Below the pieces are notes generated by a model. That model was not told where the DNA came from. It worked only from the letters and a program-made list of their open reading frames with translations, and did no database searches. The position numbers and the translations under genes are program-made. A DNA stretch of 64,000 bases from Octopus bimaculoides (Eukaryota). How positions within the stretch are numbered: the first letter of the stretch is position 1; each line of letters opens with the position of its first letter. This document shows, piece by piece, positions 39,945-53,230 of this stretch. Where the stretch lies: NCBI RefSeq assembly GCF_001194135.2, contig NC_068992.1, forward strand, positions 33,344,243-33,408,242. Direction: 5' to 3'.

Positions 39945-41245
39945 AGAGGGAAGATTGTACTAGTATGATCATGTGATGTGTGAAGATGAGGACAGCTGCA
40001 CAAAGATGTGCTGATCACTAATTGTGGAGGGAATCTTTGCAAGAGTTAGAACCAAGACAATGTGGGACAAAGTCCCACATTGGGAAATGATCTCCAGATG
40101 TTTATTCCCACAGAGGTGATAACAAAAACTGAGATTTCTGATGACTTACTGTGCTTGAGAAGTATTGTAACGTAGTTACTTGTCGCCAATTATTGTAGTA
40201 TCACCACTATTTATGACGATACTTGTTTACACTATAACTGTAGTGACAATGAAATATATAATGAAGCAGGGTAAGAACAACATAACATTACAATCCAACA
40301 AACTCTCCATGAACTATAGATGAACCAACAAACGATATGCTGACAAACTACCAAAATGACACCTTATGACTTCTTGTGATTAGCGCTTAATTTCTGTCTC
40401 TCATTCAGACTGCTACTATTTATAATCATTTTGGTCAAGTCTCTTCCCACAGGAAGTGACGTGGCTCTCACCACAACAAGAAGACATGTCAAGCTAAGCA
40501 AAATCTTGACAAGCCACCCCTCACATATACACAATCTGTCCTGTCAAATCTGGCCCACAACCTGTCTTCTTTATATACCCTCATCTCAAAACCTATGATT
40601 ACAATCCCTTACATGCTGTGGGCCCCTCCACTCCTCCCACATGCATATCCACACACTCTACATGCCCTCACATATCTACCATACTCCCACTCCCTACCAC
40701 TCCAATTTCTCTCCCTATATCATGCTACAGTCACCTCTTTCCCCATCTCTAAACATCTTGTTTCACACTCTTATGAAACACCCCACTATCCCCTCAGTTC
40801 CACTTATGCTCATGCTGTCTGGTACCTGTGGGTAGGTCCTGATGCATCTCTAACACCATCTATTTTTATTTCTCTCTCTCTCCCTCCCTCTATCTTTCTC
40901 TCTAACTTTATCTCTCCTTCTTCTCTTCTCTTTTCATATACGTATCTCTTCTATAGCAAGACACCTATCTCTGTCTCTTTGTTATACACTAACCTCTCAC
41001 TTGGCACAAAGCCACTTCCTGTGGTTCCCCTCCCTCTACCAGTTGAGAGGTCTTTGTATCACAAGTTACTTGGTGACCTCACTGGTGTCAGTGTCATGTA
41101 AAAATCATCAGTGCTGGTTCCACATAAAATGTACCCAGTACATTCTGTAAAGTGGTTGGCATTAGAAAGGGCATTCAGCTATAGAAACCATGCCAAAGCA
41201 GACAATGGAGCATAGTGCAGCTCTCCAGTTTCCCTCACCTATCAG
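39945..41245 (+). mobile_element. Old RTE-type LINE 3' portion (ORF end 39945-40070, CT-rich spacer, tail 40990-41245)
   Basis: Remnant resembling VQERRL.WYGHV...EDSC.K.C..LIVEG...R.R..KTW, then a diverged GTGGTTGGCATTAGAAAGGGCATTCAGC tail. Whether all parts are one insertion is inferred. Confidence 0.5.
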
Positions 41246-42239
41246 ACCATCCAAGTCATGCGATATGCATATACATATACACATATATAGATTCGTATAT
41301 ATGTGTGTACATATGTATATATGAATGTTTGTGTATATTTTTTACTATTGGACATTAGAAAGGAATGTTTACATTAATGTGACAATTGGAAATCCATAGT
41401 TTGTCAACACTCTGCTGTCAGAATTAAAGTCACAAAAGCAGAGAATCACTGAATAGCATATTGTAGCTATTAACAATCCATATCCTTGTCTCAAAAGAAT
41501 TATTTGGGATTGTGTTTTGTCTTATTTCTAAAATTTTGTTTTAATTTCAAAAGCAGGTTTTGGTAAATATTTTCCAGCTTGTTTATTTTTTAATGTAAAT
41601 GTTTTTAATAAGTTTACTTTCTTCAAGTCATATTGCTTTCAAAAAGTAATGCTTTGAATGCAAATGTGCTTTTTCAGTTTACATTAAAGTATAAACCTGC
41701 AGTTCACATACAATGCATGTGATTAGTTCCATGGATTTTGAGGTGGGAAGGAGAGGTAGTAATGTTTTTATACATTTTGATTTTTGCTGTTTTGATTTTT
41801 AGAATTTTCTTCAATAAATAACAAGACCAATTACACTGTCAATAATTCTTATTCTCTGAGCATACACATATGTGGGTGTTTGTGCGTTTGTATGTGTGAG
41901 TGTGTGTGTATGTGTGCGCATGTGTGTATATGTGTGTGAGAGAGAGTGTGTAAGTGTGTGTATGTATGTGCATATGTGTTTGTGTGTTTGAGTGTGAAAA
42001 CTGAGATCCTTTCTTGTCTTGTTTGAGCATTAAAGGAAAATGACCACCCAGTGTTTTTGGTCATTTACATGGCAAAACAATTGCACCAGCCAGTAATGTT
42101 GTTTTGACTGGATGTTGAGACAGATTTCAAAAGTTGCAGTTCTTATTGTTTATCGCCAGATCAGTTCTGACTTAGAAGACCTATGCTCAATATTTTTCCA
42201 GCCATGAATACCAGAGCCTGTTTACAAAAATAGTATATC

Positions 42240-42570
42240 TAGTCTTGGCACTCTATCGATTATGATGATAAGGGTTCCAGTTGATCTGATCAACGAAAGA
42301 GCCTGTTCATGAAATTAACATGCAAGTGGCTGAGTACTCCACAGATACATGTACCCTTAATGTTGTTCTCAAGGATATTCAGCATAACACAGAATGTAAC
42401 AATGCTAGCCCTTTGAATTACAGGTGCAACTCATTTTTGCCAGCTGAGGTGACTGGAGCAACATGAAATAAAGTGTCTTGTTCAAAATACAATGCACCAT
42501 CGGGAACTGAACTCACATCCTTACAATTGTGAACCAAATACCTAAACCACTAAGCCACACACATTTCACT
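42240..42570 (-). mobile_element. tRNA-type SINE sharing its 3' half with family C
   Basis: Minus-strand head GTGGCTTAGTGG...GAGTTCAGTTCC (A/B boxes); 3' half matches 26200-26385. Confidence 0.65.
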
Positions 42571-42674
42571 AGATAGTATATCTAGGATTACATTATTCAA
42601 TGAGTTTCTATTTATTCATTTATTTATCATGTGAATTTACAAAGTTTTGGCAAATATTTCTTGCATGACATTAA

Positions 42675-42885
42675 GGTGGTGAGCTGGCAGAATCATAAGC
42701 ACACTGGGCAAGATGTTTCATGGCACTTCATCCACCTTTATGCTCTGAGTTCAAATTCTGCTGAGCTTGACTTTGCTTTTCATCCTTTTGGTGTCAACAA
42801 AATAAGTACCAGTTGAGCACTGAGGTCGATGTAATCGACTTATCCCCTACCCTGAAATTTCTGGCCTTATGCCAAAATTTAATAT
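42675..42885 (+). mobile_element. SINE family B
   Basis: GGTGAGCTGGCAGAATCATAAGC...TCTGAGTTCAAATTCTGC...GAGGTCGATGTAATCGACTT. Confidence 0.7.
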
Positions 42886-43574
42886 CAATATTACTTGCAT
42901 GACAGTTCACCAGATCAAAATCCCCTATTAAGTCATGAGAAGAATTAAGATGTTTTATACCCTTGAGAGGCTTCCAGTTTCATATTCCTATTCTCTTTGT
43001 TATATTTTTTTATTTGGTCATCTACAGTATCTCAGTGATATATAGCTTATCAAACAGTAAGTCACAACTCAGTGATGGAGCCTCTGTGTGGCCATTCAGT
43101 CTCCTAAAAAAAGCTACTGTTGTCTTAAAACAAGGAAGAATATTCTTACATTATGTAGTTAGACGTATACTGTGTGAAATAATGGCAGGATGGTCATAGT
43201 ATAAAAGACTTTGATCATAGATCTGCTTCTGATCATAAAATGCCTTTGATCATCGGTCATAGTTGATCAGGACCAAGTCTGGCTTGATATCAGCAACAAC
43301 CACAGCAATGATATCAAAACATGAAAAGTAAAACAGATGCCTGTGGGATTTCTAAACACAACAATTAAGTGAGAAATAACATAGAAAAATGCATCCAACT
43401 TTAATCAGTTTTTCACTCTTTCTTTCTCTCTCTGTCTTTCTCCCCCCTTCTCTCTTTCTCTCTCTCTCTCTATCTATCTATCTTTCTATCTATCTATCTA
43501 TCTATCTGTCTATCTATCTATCTAGCTAGCTAGCTACCTGTCTGTCTGTCTGTCTATGTAATTATATATGTTTA

Positions 43575-45116
43575 CGTCTGTGTATGTATGTATGTTCTTT
43601 TATTTGTTTCAGTCACTTGACAGTTGGAGCACCACCTTTAGTCGAACAAATCACCCCCAGGACTTATTCTTTGTAAACCTAGTACTTATTGCATCAGTCT
43701 CTTTTGCTGAACCACTAGGTTACAGGGATGTAAACACACCAACATCGGTTGGGAAGCCATTGTGGGGGGACAAACACAGACACACAAACATATACATACA
43801 TACATACATATATACATATGTATATATANNNNNNNNNNNNNNNNNNNNNNNNNNNNNNNNNNNNNNNNNNNNNNNNNNNNNNNNNNNNNNNNNNNNNNNN
43901 NNNNNNNNNNNNNNNNNNNNNNNNNNNNNNNNNNNNNNNNNNNNNNNNNNNNNNNNNNNNNNNNNNNNNNNNNNNNNNNNNNNNNNNNNNNNNNNNNNNN
44001 NNNNNNNNNNNNNNNNNNNNNNNNNNNNNNNNNNNNNNNNNNNNNNNNNNNNNNNNNNNNNNNNNNNNNNNNNNNNNNNNNNNNNNNNNNNNNNNNNNNN
44101 NNNNNNNNNNNNNNNNNNNNNNNNNNNNNNNNNNNNNNNNNNNNNNNNNNNNNNNNNNNNNNNNNNNNNNNNNNNNNNNNNNNNNNNNNNNNNNNNNNNN
44201 NNNNNNNNNNNNNNNNNNNNNNNNNNNNNNNNNNNNNNNNNNNNNNNNNNNNNNNNNNNNNNNNNNNNNNNNNNNNNNNNNNNNNNNNNNNNNNNNNNNN
44301 NNNNNNNNNNNNNNNNNNNNNNNNNNNNNNNNNNNNNNNNNNNNNNNNNNNNNNNNNNNNNNNNNNNNNNNNNNNNNNNNNNNNNNNNNNNNNNNNNNNN
44401 NNNNNNNNNNNNNNNNNNNNNNNNNNNNNNNNNNNNNNNNNNNNNNNNNNNNNNNNNNNNNNNNNNNNNNNNNNNNNNNNNNNNNNNNNNNNNNNNNNNN
44501 NNNNNNNNNNNNNNNNNNNNNNNNNNNNNNNNNNNNNNNNNNNNNNNNNNNNNNNNNNNNNNNNNNNNNNNNNNNNNNNNNNNNNNNNNNNNNNNNNNNN
44601 NNNNNNNNNNNNNNNNNNNNNNNNNNNNNNNNNNNNNNNNNNNNNNNNNNNNNNNNNNNNNNNNNNNNNNNNNNNNNNNNNNNNNNNNNNNNNNNNNNNN
44701 NNNNNNNNNNNNNNNNNNNNNNNNNNNNNNNNNNNNNNNNNNNNNNNNNNNNNNNNNNNNNNNNNNNNGTAAAAGCACCCACTACACTCACTGAGTGGTT
44801 GGCGTTAGGAAGGGCATCCAGCTGTAGAAACTCTGCCAAATCAGATTGGAGCCTGGTGTTGCCATCCGGTTTCACCAGTCCTCAGTCAAATCTTCCAACC
44901 CATGCTAGCATGGAAAGCAGACGTTAAACGATGATGATGATGATGATATATGATGGGCTTCTTTCAGTTTCTGTCAACCAAATCCACTCACAAGGCTTTG
45001 GTTGGCCTGATGCTATAGTAGAAGACACTTTCCCAAGACACCATGCAGTGCGACTGAACCCGGAACCATGTCGTTGGTAAGCAAGCTACTTACCACACAG
45101 CCACTCCTGTGCCTAT
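43575..45116 (-). mobile_element. SINE family A (tail about 43575-43790, head about 44950-45116) with a gap and an RTE tail inside its microsatellite
   Basis: Reverse-complement tail and uninterrupted head GCAAGCTACTTACCACACAGCCACTCCTGTGCCTATA. Confidence 0.75.
44769..44948 (+). mobile_element. Young RTE 3' tail (rest in the gap)
   Basis: Near-identical to 5520-5690 and 46060-46238; ends in (GAT)n. Confidence 0.8.
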
Positions 45117-45122
45117 ATTTTT

Positions 45123-45227
45123 AAAAATATGGAACACTTCACGAATTTGCATGTCATCCTTGTGCAGGGGCCATGCTAATATTCTCTGTATCATTCCAAT
45201 TTTAGTTTATGTATTACCAAAGCAAAA
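45123..45227 (-). pseudogene. U6: U6 snRNA pseudogene, near full length
   Basis: Minus strand TTGCTTTGGTAATACATAAACTAAAATTGGAATGATACAGAGAATATTAGCATGGCCCCTGCACAAGGATGACATGCAAATTCGTGAAGTGTTCCATATTTTT aligns to the metazoan U6 consensus as I recall it. About 9 substitutions, 5 at CpG sites. ACAGAGA box and AGC triad retained, but AAGAT has become AATAT. Confidence 0.95.
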
Positions 45228-45276
45228 TGTATATATTATAAATATATGATATATATATACACATGTACACATACAC

Positions 45277-46238
45277 AAAGTAAAAGGCAGACTGTATGAC
45301 GCATGCGTACGAACAACCATGCTACATGGCAGTGAAACATGGGCTGTAACTGCTGAGGACATACGTAAGCTCGCAAGGAATGAAGCCAGTATGCTCCGTT
45401 GGATGTGTAATGTCAATGTGAATACCCGTCAGAGTGTAAGTATCTTGAGAGAAAAGCTGAACATTAGAAGCATCAGTTGTGGCGTGCAAGAGAGACGATT
45501 GCGCTGGTATGGACATGTGGTGAGAATGGAGGAGGATAGCTGCGTGAAAAAGTGCCACACCCTAACAGTTGAGGGAACCCGTGGAAGAGGTAGGCCCAGG
45601 AAGNNNNNNNNNNNNNNNNNNNNNNNNNNNNNNNNNNNNNNNNNNNNNNNNNNNNNNNNNNNNNNNNNNNNNNNNNNNNNNNNNNNNNNNNNNNNNNNNN
45701 NNNNNNNNNNNNNNNNNNNNNNNNNNNNNNNNNNNNNNNNNNNNNNNNNNNNNNNNNNNNNNNNNNNNNNNNNNNNNNNNNNNNNNNNNNNNNNNNNNNN
45801 NNNNNNNNNNNNNNNNNNNNNNNNNNNNNNNNNNNNNNNNNNNNNNNNNNNNNNNNNNNNNNNNNNNNNNNNNNNNNNNNNNNNNNNNNNNNNNNNNNNN
45901 NNNNNNNNNNNNNNNNNNNNNNNNNNNNNNNNNNNNNNNNNNNNNNNNNNNNNNNNNNNNNNNNNNNNNNNNNNNNNNNNNNNNNNNNNNNNNNNNNNNN
46001 NNNNNNGGCACATAAAAGACACCATTTCGAGCGTGGCCGTTTTCGTGCAGGTGACACGTAAAAGCACCCACTACACTCTCTGAGTGGTTGGCGTTAGGAA
46101 GGGCATCCAGCTGTAGAAACTCTGCCAAATCAGACTGGAGCCTGGTGTTGCCATCCGGTTTCACCAGTCCTCAGTCAAATCGTCCAACCCATGCTAGCAT
46201 GGAAAGCGGACGTTAAACGATGATGATGATGATGATGA
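45277..46238 (+). mobile_element. 5'-truncated young RTE-clade LINE, gap inside
   Basis: VKGRLYDACVRTTMLHGSETWAV...RRLRWYGHVVRM...EGTRGRGRPRK, then the RTE tail and (GAT)n. Confidence 0.9.
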
Positions 46239-46499
46239 TAAATATATATGCATCAATACACAGAGAAGCTAATACATTTGTTTGATGAGTATAATGAAGA
46301 GTGCTTGTAGAATGCCTGAATATATAAATGTAATACAAAAATAGCCATATCTCTGTGAAGGGAGGCCCATGTAGGCATTTTCAGCAGCTAAAAGTAACAT
46401 GGAACTGATTGTTCTTATTTTCATGACTGTTTTAAAATTCATCAGTATCCACTAGTGCCTCCACTCCATGGGATCTAGTTTCATTGTGGAATGAAATAC

Positions 46500-46720
46500 A
46501 TAATCATCATCATCATCATCATTATTATCATCATTATCATCATCATTTAATGTCTGTTTCCCATGCTGGATTGGGCTGGACAGTTTGACAGGAACTGGCA
46601 AGACTGGCATCCATCCCAGGCTCCATTGTCTGTTTGGCATGGTTTCTATGGCTGAATGCCCAATGCCAACCACTTTACTGAGTCTACTGAGTGCTTTTTA
46701 CATGGCACCAGCCACATATG
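46500..46720 (-). mobile_element. Old RTE-type 3' tail fragment
   Basis: (CAT)n TTTAATGTCTGTTTCCCATGCTGG...GGCTGAATGCCC...GCTTTTTACATGGCACC. Confidence 0.6.
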
Positions 46721-47569
46721 CTTTTAAAGATGTTTATCTATTCATGACTCATACTGTACTGGTGCTGTATTAATTATCATCAGATTGGCAATTGTGTACA
46801 CTTTCACTCATCTATTCTCTTCCCTGTGTTAGTCATGCTGGAGCAATACCTTAAAAGCTTTTAGCCAAACATGTTGATGCACTTACTTATTTTCAAGTCT
46901 CGCACTTTTCTTTGCAATCTCCTTCTGTTACATAAATAAAAACATTGGCAGAGACAGACATGAAAGACAAACATGTGCACACACATACACACACACACAC
47001 ATGCACACACATGTGCATGCCCACATGCACACACAAGTGCATATGGATGCACACATACACACCAATAACCACAGGCTTCCATACAGTTTCCATCACTCTA
47101 TTTTGCTCACAAGGTATTAAATAACTCATGGTGTGACAGAATATGTTCAAAATAGAGACCTCATGGCTGCAAATTCTGAACTAAACAGCCCAGATTTTAA
47201 TTTATTATCCATTATTATTGCTTAGTCACATGGGAAGGAGAAGCATGCAGATCCTTAAGAATTGTGAAGAACTAACAAATGAAATCATAAGCTTTGATCT
47301 ATTTCCAGACTGCCATAAAAATCTTTATGGAACATAATCACACTATGTCACAAAATGCATATATGGATATGTCTATATATCTATTCTATATATCATTTCT
47401 AATCTAAGACATACATTATTGATTGTCTGGTAATTAATAATTTTGGGGTTATACCAATTCTCATAGCAGTTTTAATTTGTGATCTTCTTGTAAAGACAAT
47501 AATTAAGACACTTTTTATGGCTATGCCCCCACCCCCTCTCCCAATCAAGAGGGGCTAGGGGCAGTGTTC

Positions 47570-47790
47570 TATAGATGCTGGTACCATGTAAAATGCTCTC
47601 ATGCTGGTGCCACATTAAAAGCACTCATGCCAGTAGCATGTAAAAAACATCCAGTACAGTCTGTAAAATGGTTAGCATTAGGCAGAGTCAAAACAGGCAA
47701 TTGGAGCCTGGTCAGCTCTCTGGCTGGTCAGCTCCTGTCAAACTGACCAACCCATACCAGCATGAAAAACATATCTTAAACGGTGATGAT
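47570..47790 (+). mobile_element. Old RTE-type 3' tail fragment
   Basis: Repeated CATGTAAAA modules, GGTTAGCATTAGG, ...ACCCATACCAGCATG...TTAAACGGTGATGAT. Confidence 0.55.
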
Positions 47791-48384
47791 ATTAGACAAT
47801 GCCTCACCAAAGAGGTTAAATACAATTTGAAAATGACTGGGGTTATCACTATAACTTACAAAAATGAAGCACTTATTTTCCACAGCATATCTCTATTTCA
47901 TATTCAATTTAAGAATCAGAGTGCTCTCCTTGGTTACTCTTCAAGACAAATTGTCCATCAACAATTTTATTATCATTACAGCTGTAAACCAATTGATTAA
48001 AAATTTCATTTGGCTCACTGCATTATTTATGTTAGCCTGTACTTTTGTTTTTTGAGGAAATGCCATCCTTGGAAAATTTTCCAACAGACCCAGTATTCAT
48101 TGACATAAATCCATAGCCAGTAATAGTATTACTAAGCAAAAAAATATGACTGGAAGTAGATTAGTCAGCACACACTTTGTCAAAATCAGATGACTGATTC
48201 TTTGGCAAGTTGTTTGTTTTTGTTGTTTAACAACACAATTCTGATTTAGCAGATCAGTAATCATATGTATTCCAATTGCAACCATACAATCGTTTTAGGA
48301 ATACATAGGACTACATTATACAAAATTTGAATTCCTTCTTTTAGCCAGTAGTGTTCATAAAAATGAAATCTGACAACTATTTCA

Positions 48385-49603
48385 AACATGTCAATCATCC
48401 AAGTTCATAGAATGAGGCTAGAGTTATGAAATCTTGCATGCATTAATTTCAACCCTTCTTTTTAATAACCTCATTGCTTCTTTTTAGATAAACTGACACC
48501 TGACTGTTCAAAGAAGAATTCAAATGTAACTCATATTAACATTATTTGGAAATGGACAAAATTTGGCATACCTGCAGAAAAAGGACTTAGCTCCCAAGAA
48601 CATTCATGTTGACATGCTTGCTGACACTCCAGTTTTATCAGCAGTGCAAAAGTGGGCTACTAAATTTAGGAGGGGAAGGGGAAGTCTTGAAGATGACCCA
48701 ATGTCTGGATGGTTTGAAACTGCTACCACTGAAAAAACATTCATTGTGTTCACCACACGGCGATGGATGTCAGGTGATTGACTGTAAATCAAATAGCCAA
48801 TGCTATTAGCATATCCCATGAGAGAGTTGAGAATATTCTGCACCATGAACTTAGCATAATGAAGCTTTCTACTTGGTGAGTGCCACATCATGTGACACCT
48901 AATCAAAAGCACACAAGGTTGATCACATCGCTGAAAATCTGACATTGCTTGAAGCAGATCCAGCTGCTTTCCTCAAATGTTTCCTAAGCGAAGATGAGTG
49001 TTGGGTTCATCACTTTGATCCAGAGACAAAGAGACAATTTATGCAGTAGAAATACCCTTCCTCACCTGCTCCAAAGAAGGCCAAGGTTTTCATCAGCACA
49101 GAAGGTGACAGCCTCAGTTTTGGGGACGCAAAAGGTATTGTGCTTATTGACTATCTTCAAACAAAAGGGACACGCCATCAATGGAGAATACAATGCCAAC
49201 TTGCTGAGACAGTTATGAAAGACTATCAAGACCAAATCCTCAGGAAAACTGATGAAAGGTGTCTTGTTTCATGGGGATAATGCTCCAGTACACAAGTCCT
49301 TACTTTTACTGATTGCAGTGTGTGACTGCAGCTTTGAACTGGTTGATCACCATTGTTATTCTCCTGATTTGGCCCCATCTGACAATCATCTGTTCCCCAA
49401 CATGGAAAAACACAGTGATGATGACGTCATTTCTGCTGTTGACTTTTTTGACCAGCAAGATGAAAGCTTCTGCATCAAGGAGAATGAAGCACTGCAACAC
49501 CAATGGTAGAAGTGTGTGGACTAAAAAGGGGACTATGTTGAAAAATGGTCATATTCCATGAGAGTATCTTGTTCAACTTATGAACTTTACAGCTGACCCT
49601 CTT
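48385..49603 (+). mobile_element. Degraded near full-length mariner element (DD34D type)
   Basis: VQKWATKFRRGRGSLEDDP, DECWVHHFDPETK, VLFHGDNAPVHKS, YSPDLAPSD; 3' TIR-like TATGAACTTTACAGCTGACCCTC. Confidence 0.88.
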
Positions 49604-50689
49604 GCGTTTCGCTTTTCTAACCCACATGGTTTAATAAAGTGCCGTACCTTTTATAACAAAATTTTGTTGTTTAACCTTAGACCAGCCTTGATCGAGTAGC
49701 AAATTTTGATCAAAACCTTTCTAACAATGACCATCATAATATTTTTATTAGATATTGTCTATCCCAGACTTTAGAATAAGTACACTGCATCTATGCTTGT
49801 TGCAACAAGTGAAAAAATTGGTGTCAGGAAGGACATCTGACCATAAAATATAGCATCTAACACATACCAGGGTGAAAAGCAAAAACGTTAATTCTAAGAA
49901 AAACAATAATGATGATGGTTGTGATGGTAATGATGATTATGATGATAACAACAATTGTGTACATTGCTTATACTATACAATGTGTCACTTTATACTATAA
50001 GATAGCAAAATGTGATTTGAGCAAGATGCAGCTACTTTTTCTAGCACTGAACGATCGCACAGCACCTCCACTGGCTCATTATAAAATACATTGTCATTGT
50101 TTAACCATAAATCAATCTTGATCAATTAGATTAGAGGCTTCATATAAAAACATTCCAGCGGTCACCATTTCTTTCTTTTTTCTTTTTACTATGTACTTTT
50201 CAGGATCAGATTATTTTATCTGTTCTTTTTGCAAATGATTAGTTTGTAATTTAAATGAAATTTGATGGTTATTTCTAGCAGATTGAGGATCCAGATAGTG
50301 GTTTGTTATACCAAAAGGGTTATGTACTAGTGTTGCTTATGTTTTCTAACTTAGATTTCCTAATTGATATATATTTAAGCTGATATTTAAAGTATGATAA
50401 TGAACAAGTTAATAGAATACAAAATTAATAACTGAGAGATTATTTCATATCCTGCCACAGGTTTCTGTGGAAAGCAATCCATATTAATCATGAATAGATG
50501 AGTCCACTTAGATGTCAAGAGATACTAGTGTAAGAAGCAACTTCAGTAGAACTGTACTGATGGAAATGAATCATCAGTGATGTTCCTGGGATCAAGGGGA
50601 ACTTCCAATCAAGTCTTTCCCCATCAGACTCCTTCACTCATTTGACCTACCTGGGTTTGATTGAATTCTAGCCTGCATTGCAGCAGCAA

Positions 50690-50960
50690 CAAGCCTGTCC
50701 TCTTTTACTCAGGCCACCTAGTGGCTTTCTCTCAGGTTTATTGATGAATATATACTTCACTCTATTTTTGGCACTAGTGCAATCAGATATTTGCAGAGTG
50801 AGCATTCCATAAAATCCTGGCAGACCACTTGAAATAATTTGCAGCAAACTTGCCATTCTCTTATTCAGCACTGCTTCACCAACTCCTGTTTTACAGCCAG
50901 CTTTCTCTCTTCCATTTATTCTTCTCAAGGAACAATCCTTCACTACATTGTCACATGCCT
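50690..50960 (-). mobile_element. RLE-type LINE C-terminal fragment (HERO/NeSL-like)
   Basis: Frameshifted remnant IVP*EE.MEE.RKLA...ELVKQC...W..CC...VVCQDF...SL resembles the LTVPWEE...ERK..KY.ELV..C...GW......VG.RGF...SL motif. Confidence 0.45.
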
Positions 50961-51622
50961 GAAAGACTCTAGGAAGATGGTCATGTGTGGGTGAAGTGTG
51001 GTTTGTATAATGTATTCAAGAAAGTTAAAAAATATACAGAAACAATTTATCGAAAGGTGACCTGCCTTTGATAAATTTCATGAAAGCAAAGATTTCTGCA
51101 CTGTCTATTTAACTAATTAGATTTGCTATGATAGTCACTATTACCATACATATACATTTACTGATAAAGTAAAACTTTAGGGAGATGGATTAATGTATAT
51201 CTGCACACATGGAATAATGGATACACACATCCATTAAAACAATGCAGTTAATTATCAAAATGCTGTGAATAAACAAACATTAAAATACAATTATTTCAAA
51301 TTAATTGTAAAACAGAACAGTTAATTTCAATTATATTAATTAATTTGTATTTTTACATCTATCAAAATATTCAGCCCAAAGTAACCTCCACAGTTGATAA
51401 ATTAATTTTCTCTGTGTAAAGAAACCAATAACCATCATCCACAATCCAAACAGGAGGATTTTACAAAGTTGTTTGAAAGGCTAACTGTGGAAGTCAAATC
51501 GTCCTTAAATCACACACTACTGCTTTAAAATCACAAAAGACATATTTAGCTAATGTAAGAGGTCTTTATAAATATGCACATGTCTGAGAGTGCCTATCTG
51601 TGTATGTGCATGTGCATATGTA

Positions 51623-51732
<110 letters not shown>

Positions 51733-51819
51733 TAAACAGACACACACGCATGTGCACACATGCATGCACATACATACATACAAACACACACACACATGCA
51801 CACACATATGTATGTATAT

Positions 51820-53187
51820 CATTGTCAGCATTTACATGTTCTATGCTGGTATGGTTTAGGCCTTTTGACTAGATCCTATGGGCCTAAGGACTGCATTATG
51901 CTCCAATATCTGCTTTGGCATGGTTTCTACAGCCGGAGGCCCTACTTAATGCCAATAACTTTACAGTGTGTACTGGATGCTTTTTGTGTGTGTATCACCA
52001 GCACTAGTGCTGTTTGCAAGAACTATGAGCTCCCAGTGGGTGGGAGCTTGAAAGTGAGGATTAATAGTATGAGAGAAGGGATCAGAACCGATCAAGTTTT
52101 TTTTTTTTTTTTTTTTTATGGAGGAGCTACATGACTCCTCATACTTCAGAAAAGCGTGTGAGAGTGACTGAGTGAAGCTGGAGAATGATGAAGTAACAAT
52201 GGGGAAGAGGTGTCAGGGTAGACATTCAAGACAAGAGGTGGGCAAAAGTGATTGGGGCAGAGGGCACAGGCTTGAGGAGGGAGAATAGGAGATGAGTGAC
52301 AATGTGGAGCAGCAGAATAGTAATGAGAAAACAGCTGACAGGAGAAGGACAAGAAAGGGATGCTGTTGGGTAACTTGCAAGAGTGAGTGGGGGAAGTAAA
52401 AGGCAAGTGTAGTGCATAAGAAGGGTGAGAGGCATATGATGGTGGAGGGAGGACAGCTAATTAGTAGCTTAGTGGGATCAGGTGTACAATGAAAGTATGG
52501 GTAGAGAGAACATTGTTAATGGATGAAAGGTTGATAATAAGTAAGATGGTTCTGGGTTGTAAGCAAAGTGGTTTAAACGAAGAGTTGCATTTAGGAAAGT
52601 GATGGGTCATGAGTGTGTCTTGAGAAGGAAGGAAAGTCACACTCTGATTCTACTACATTTCCTGTGTATACATAGGTTACCTTGAGTGCAACATATGGAG
52701 TTTATACCTACTCTTTTTCTGCATGTCAAACAAAATCATTTCCCTGAAGATACCAGGGTCATTTCTTCTTTCCTACTTACTAAAATCTTTGTCTTTGCTA
52801 GGTTTACCTCAAGATATCTCACTTATATGTTTAGTTTCCACATCTATGAGAACTACAACATCAGTATATAGGAGTTCCCATGGGCATCCAGTCTTAAAAT
52901 CCTCTATGATGAATAAGAGAGGTAATAGTACTGAACCTTTATGACCTCCAAACTTCAAATTAATTTCATAACTTAAATCACTTTTACCCTGCACACATAA
53001 GTGAAGACAGGGTATTCTAATCACTCATCTTTGTCTGTTTGTCTGTGTGTTTGCAAGAATACTGTAAAACAGCTGAATGAATTTTCACCAAATTTGGCAG
53101 AAATACTTATTGGGTGAATGGCACAAAATGATGAAAACTTGGTTTGATTATCTTCAGACATACATAAATACATACATAGATGTGTGA

Positions 53188-53230
<43 letters not shown>

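Noticed and set aside
45123-45603. U6/LINE template-switch chimera
   Set aside because: U6 and the RTE are on opposite strands and about 50 nt apart; chimeras are co-oriented and fused.
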